Assembly: GCA_965261085.1 (NCBI GenBank) | Contig: OZ253442.1 | Coordinates: 352,001-416,000, forward strand | Source: a bacterium | Lineage (GTDB): Bacteria; UBA8248 | Direction of reading: 5' to 3' | Length of the DNA stretch: 64,000 bases | Shown here: positions 59,578-64,000 of the stretch, one piece after another | How positions within the stretch are numbered: position 1 is the first letter of the stretch | Layout of the letters: every line of letters starts with the position of its first letter | Made by a program: the position numbers and the translations under genes | The notes under the pieces: generated by a model | The model's input: the letters and a program-made list of their open reading frames with translations, nothing else | The model's database searches: none | What the model was told of the DNA's origin: nothing

Positions 59578-60036
59578 CTACCCGGGCCGCTTCAGCGTCC
59601 AGTTATCCGTGACGGACGTCGCCGCGCTCATGAACAGATACAGGATGCACCCCGCGCGAAACTTCTCCTTCACCTCTTCGAGCTGCTCGGCGGAGCCCGC
59701 CGAGGTTACATGAACATCCAGTTCCACGCCGGTGACGCCCCCGTTTTCGGCATGGGGGTCGCCGGGCGCGAAACGCTCCATCGTGAGTCTTCCTTCGATC
59801 GCGCAATCATCGATCGGCATGCCGACTTCTTTCGCAAAAATCTCCACGTGCGCCGCGCCGCAGCCCGTCAGCGCGCCGAGCATGTACTCGGCGGGGGTGG
59901 GATGCTCGAACAGCCCGCCGCGCTCTACCGGTTCGTCGCTTGCGAACTCGGGGCAATCGCGCGCCTGTATCCGCGCGCGCAAATCCCCCATCCATTGCGC
60001 GTTAGCGACACGGGTCACGGTATTCTGCTCGGCCAT
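59578..60036 (-). CDS. OsmC family protein
   Basis: SDEP..GG..PTPAE..LGALTGC..C. Confidence 0.85.
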   Translation of the reverse strand: MAEQNTVTRVANAQWMGDLRARIQARDCPEFASDEPVERGGLFEHPTPAEYMLGALTGCGAAHVEIFAKEVGMPIDDCAIEGRLTMERFAPGDPHAENGGVTGVELDVHVTSAGSAEQLEEVKEKFRAGCILYLFMSAATSVTDNWTLKRPG

Positions 60037-60131
60037 CTCGACTCCCTCTTTGAATGAAAATGATTCAGCTTTCAGCCTACTACATCACTTCTTCACCGCG
60101 CTATGCGGATCGGGCGAAGCCGCAAACCCCT

Positions 60132-61259
60132 TCACTGGTCCTCCATCGCGCTCAGGACGGCGGATATGAAACCCAAAAATCGCGCGCCACCCAGAATCTT
60201 GGCGAGAGAAAAAACATCCGCCTCGATGCCCACGTGGCGAAAACCACCGAAGACGAAGGATGACACTGCTTCCTCAGAGCTCTCCCGCGCACGATTCGCC
60301 AGCAAGATGCTCTCAGACGCCGGGATGAAGGGATCCTCACGCCCGTGCAGAAAAAATTTCTTCCCCCCGACCTTGGGAACGACGTCGCGCATCCCCCAAC
60401 CCCGCAGGCGTTCGCGCTGTGCGGCTCCTTGCCGCGCATAAAGCGCCTCGAAACGTTCGTTCGACTTGTTCTCCATCAAGGCGAAGATCGCGCGCGCGTT
60501 CCCCGGCAAGCCCGCGAGCAAATCGCCTATTTCCGCCGCTTCGTCTTTCCGCTTTCTCGAAACGATCGCGTCGATGCGATCCCGATGGGCTTCCAAACCC
60601 AAAAGGTTCGTGTTGTAGCGCAAGAAGAGCCATTTTCCGTGGCGAATGGGCAGCCCCCCGGGGAAGGCGGGCCGGCTCTGCCCGCCGCTTGTGGTGAGGT
60701 GTCTCAGCACGTTTTTGAGATCATAATAGGCGCCCACGCCGATGAACGCGGCCATCTTCTGACCCACCGCCGGCCTTGCCGCCGCGCGAAGGGCCGGGCC
60801 GGCGGCGAAGGAAAACGCCAGAAGGCTGCACTTTTCGAAAGAACCCGCGCCGCCTCGCGTCATCCACGAGAATGCTTTCGCGATGCGCACAACGTCCGCT
60901 TCATCGGGGCGAAACCGCTTCATGCCGGGCAAATCAGGAACGAGCGCCGCAAACCCGAGCCTCGCAAGCGATTGCGCGAACGCCACCAGCCGATGATCCG
61001 CCTTGCCCATCGTACTCATTCCGTGCACGAGGACGACGCACCCGCGCGCGAGCGCATCGCCCCAGTGGAGGGAATCACGCGGCGAATAGGAATCCGCCAA
61101 AACTCCATCGAACGAAATCTCGGCTCTTACCGGCTTATTCGTGAGAAGCGAGAGCCAGCCGCCGCTCCGCCCGTCGAGCAGCGCCTGGGCCAGCAGGAGG
61201 GAATCCACCGGGTGACGAAGCCTCGGGGATAAGCGCGATGCGACGAACAACAGGCTCAA
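60132..61259 (-). CDS. Alpha/beta-hydrolase-like protein
   Basis: VLVHG, AFSFA, LHGREDPFIP, H near the C-terminus. Confidence 0.65.
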   Translation of the reverse strand: MSLLFVASRLSPRLRHPVDSLLLAQALLDGRSGGWLSLLTNKPVRAEISFDGVLADSYSPRDSLHWGDALARGCVVLVHGMSTMGKADHRLVAFAQSLARLGFAALVPDLPGMKRFRPDEADVVRIAKAFSWMTRGGAGSFEKCSLLAFSFAAGPALRAAARPAVGQKMAAFIGVGAYYDLKNVLRHLTTSGGQSRPAFPGGLPIRHGKWLFLRYNTNLLGLEAHRDRIDAIVSRKRKDEAAEIGDLLAGLPGNARAIFALMENKSNERFEALYARQGAAQRERLRGWGMRDVVPKVGGKKFFLHGREDPFIPASESILLANRARESSEEAVSSFVFGGFRHVGIEADVFSLAKILGGARFLGFISAVLSAMEDQ

Positions 61260-61315
61260 GAGTAACGAAGCGACCAGCGCAAGGCGCCGAAGAGTGACGA
61301 GCCGCCTGAAGATAT

Positions 61316-64000
61316 TCAGCCCACCGTCGCCTTTTCAAAATACTGCTGAAGGTATCTGCCCGTGTGCGATTCGGGGTTCTGCGCCACTTCCTCGGGCGTC
61401 CCTTCGGCGACGATGCGGCCTCCCTGCTCCCCTCCTTCGGGGCCTAAGTCGATCACCCACTCCGCGTTGCGGATGACGTCCAGATTGTGCTCGACGACGA
61501 CCACCGTGTTCCCCAGCCCCACGAGGCGCGTCAGCACGTTCAGCAACCGCTCCACGTCCTGAAAGTGAAGCCCCGTCGTGGGCTCGTCCATGAGGTACAT
61601 GACGCCGCGGGGCGGCTTGGCGGCCAACTGGCCCGCTATCTTCAGGCGCTGGGCCTCGCCGCCCGAGAGCGTGTTCACGGGCTGGCCGATTCTGAGATAG
61701 TTCAGCCCTACGTCTCTCAGAATCAGCAGCTTGTTCAGCACCGAGGGCACGTGATCGAAAAACAGGCCGGCCTCATCCACCGTCAAGTTCAGCACCTCGT
61801 GGATGTTCTTGCCCTTGTACTGGATCTCCATGGTCTGGGCCTTGAAGCGCCTACCCTCGCAATCTGGACAACGAATGAAGATATCGGCCATGAAGTGCAT
61901 CTCTATCTTCTGGATGCCGCTTCCGGTGCAGGACTCGCACCGCCCCCCGGTGGTGTTGAACGAAAAATGCCCGGGGCCGTAGCCCATGTTTTTCGCCAGA
62001 GGGGTGTCCGCGAACAGGCGCCGAATCGCGTCGTAGGCCTTGAGATACGTGATCGGGTTGCTTCGGGGGCTTTTGCCGATGGGGCTCTGGTCGAGCAGGA
62101 CGACGGAATCGAGCGCATCGAAGCCCTCTATCCGCTCGAAGCGACCGATGGAGCCCTTGCCGTCGTGGAGAATACGCGCGAGGGCCGGATAGAGCGTGTC
62201 GTGCACCAGCGTGCTCTTGCCCGAGCCGGACACGCCCGTTATCGCCACCAGACGCCCCAGGGGAACGTGGAGGTCCACCCCTTTCAGGTTGTTCTCCCGC
62301 GCGCCCAGCAGAGAGAGATAGGAGCAACTCCCGTTATCTCCCCGCTTGATCTTCCGCGGGTTGATCTTGCGCTCGCCGCTCAGGAACTTCGCCGTCACCG
62401 AACTCCGGCATTCGTCGAGCTCTTCTCTGGAGCCGGAAAAAACAACCTCGCCCCCGCGCTCGCCCGCGCCGGGACCCAAATCCACGACGTGATCCGCCTC
62501 GTCGATGACGTCGCGGTCATGTTCGACCACGATAAGGGTGTTTCCCCGATCAACCAGATCCTTGAGTATCCCCACCAGGCGCGCGTTGTCCCTCGGGTGT
62601 AGACCGATGGTCGGCTCGTCCAGGATATACAGCGTGCCCGTCAGGTGCGCGCCCAACTGGTTCGCCAGGTTGATTCTCTGGTGCTCGCCGCCGCTCAGGG
62701 TCCTGGTCTCCCTGTCCAGCGTCAGGTATTCCAGGCCCACCTTTTGGAGGAAATCGAGGCGGTCGCGCACCTGCTTCAAAATGTCGCCCGCGCGCTCGTA
62801 TTGTTCAGGCGTAAGCGGCGGGGCCTCGAAGTATTCCCTTAATTCGCTCACCGGCATGGCGCAGACGTCGGCGATGGTGCGATCGCCCAGCTTGATCCAA
62901 AGGGCCTCGGGGCGCAGTCGCGTACCCCCGCATGAGGCGCATTTCTGCAGATTCTGGTAGCGACGTATCATCACGCGCACCCAGACCTTGTATTTTCTGC
63001 GCTTGAGCCTCTCGAAGAACCGATAAACACCCAGAAACGCTCCCGATCCCTCGAACACCATTTTCTTCTGATCCTCGGACATCTCCTGCCAGGGAACGTG
63101 AATGTCGAGGCCATCCCTCTTGGCGGCTTCCTGGAGTTGTTCGCCGAAATACCGGCGGTAGCGCGGCCTCGCCCAGGGCTCCACCGCCCCCTGGGCGAGC
63201 GTTTTCCTGGGCTCGGGGATGATGAGGGCCTCATCGAAATTCAGCGTGTTCCCGAACCCGCCGCACTCCTGACAGGCCCCGTTGGGATTGTTGAAACTGA
63301 ACGTGTGCGGGACGGGTTCTTCGAACGTATGGCCGCAGCACTCGAGCTTCTGGCTGAAGCGAAGCCTCGGCCCATCCACGAGCTGCACCTCGGCGACGCC
63401 GCCGCCCTCTCGAAACGCCGTTTCCAACGATTCTCCCAGGCGCGCGCGGTTTCTGGAGGATATCTTCAGGCGATCCACCACCACCCGAATCGTATAGGGG
63501 TTCCGCACGGCGGGCCTTTCCTCCAGAGGTTCTCTTTTCCGGGGACGGCCGCGTTTTTTCGCTTCGGGCGGCGGTTCGACTTCCTTCCTTAGTCTCTCGA
63601 AAAGCGGAGGGCCGATGTTCACGATCTCCTCATCCACCATCACGCGAATATAACCCTGCGCCACCATGGATTTGAGTTCCCCTTCCAACTCCCCGGCATC
63701 GCACGGAGCCATCGGGAAGAGCAAGAACGCTCTCGCATCCGCATAGGCGTTCAGCAAGAGCGCCACCGTGCCGTCGACCGTGGCGGGCGAAACCTCGCTC
63801 CCGCAATCGGGGCAATGGATCTTTCCCGCCTTGGCGAAGAGCAGGCGCAGGTAGTCGTAAATCTCGGAAGCCGTACCCACCGTGGAGCGCGAATGGTTCA
63901 CCGGGTTGTATTGCTCGATGGCGATGGCGGGGCTGATGCCCTCGATGTAATCCACGTCGGGCTTGTCCACGCGCTCTAGGAACTGCCGCGCGTAGGTGGA
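61316..64000 (-). CDS. uvrA: Excinuclease ABC subunit A (5' end beyond the window)
   Basis: STVGTASEIYDYLRLL, LSGGE twice, GVSGSGKS, DEPT twice, Zn fingers; frame open to the window edge. Confidence 0.95.
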   Translation of the reverse strand, partial: STYARQFLERVDKPDVDYIEGISPAIAIEQYNPVNHSRSTVGTASEIYDYLRLLFAKAGKIHCPDCGSEVSPATVDGTVALLLNAYADARAFLLFPMAPCDAGELEGELKSMVAQGYIRVMVDEEIVNIGPPLFERLRKEVEPPPEAKKRGRPRKREPLEERPAVRNPYTIRVVVDRLKISSRNRARLGESLETAFREGGGVAEVQLVDGPRLRFSQKLECCGHTFEEPVPHTFSFNNPNGACQECGGFGNTLNFDEALIIPEPRKTLAQGAVEPWARPRYRRYFGEQLQEAAKRDGLDIHVPWQEMSEDQKKMVFEGSGAFLGVYRFFERLKRRKYKVWVRVMIRRYQNLQKCASCGGTRLRPEALWIKLGDRTIADVCAMPVSELREYFEAPPLTPEQYERAGDILKQVRDRLDFLQKVGLEYLTLDRETRTLSGGEHQRINLANQLGAHLTGTLYILDEPTIGLHPRDNARLVGILKDLVDRGNTLIVVEHDRDVIDEADHVVDLGPGAGERGGEVVFSGSREELDECRSSVTAKFLSGERKINPRKIKRGDNGSCSYLSLLGARENNLKGVDLHVPLGRLVAITGVSGSGKSTLVHDTLYPALARILHDGKGSIGRFERIEGFDALDSVVLLDQSPIGKSPRSNPITYLKAYDAIRRLFADTPLAKNMGYGPGHFSFNTTGGRCESCTGSGIQKIEMHFMADIFIRCPDCEGRRFKAQTMEIQYKGKNIHEVLNLTVDEAGLFFDHVPSVLNKLLILRDVGLNYLRIGQPVNTLSGGEAQRLKIAGQLAAKPPRGVMYLMDEPTTGLHFQDVERLLNVLTRLVGLGNTVVVVEHNLDVIRNAEWVIDLGPEGGEQGGRIVAEGTPEEVAQNPESHTGRYLQQYFEKATVG

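Noticed and set aside
59578-60036. OsmC (and redoxin 27128-27595) as further selenoproteins
   Set aside because: Active-site positions are encoded as Cys with no in-frame UGA

Overview
GC-rich bacterial chromosome segment. Housekeeping and metabolic genes include the futalosine menaquinone genes mqnE/mqnA/mqnC, a TRAP transporter, thrB, pncA, rlmD-lexA-dinB, uvrA, and many SDR, crotonase and hydrolase genes. These are interrupted by more AT-rich accessory inserts. The most notable observation is two divergent copies of the same unannotated three-gene cassette (3947-5557 and 32095-33928). Each copy has a ~230-aa protein, a ~235-250-aa protein and a ~148-aa protein with an ADP-ribosyltransferase-like R...ISV...PxH motif pattern; this is a candidate tripartite toxin/defence system (inference). 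The first copy lies next to a frameshifted phage-scaffold-like remnant. Two probable selenoprotein genes are missed or truncated by the ORF track: an AhpD/CMD-like CxxU protein (2076-2348) and a DsrE-like UxxC protein (31411-31770), each with a SECIS-like hairpin. Also present are Panacea, HigBA and HipBA toxin-antitoxin modules, a NotI-family restriction-modification pair, a second Y-family polymerase with a coupled Zn-ribbon gene, GTTC-N7-GTTY-type LexA boxes, an in-frame MqnA-amidase fusion, and three MITE-like elements sharing terminal repeats. No tRNA, rRNA or CRISPR array was seen. All family calls are from motif recognition by eye; no searches were run.
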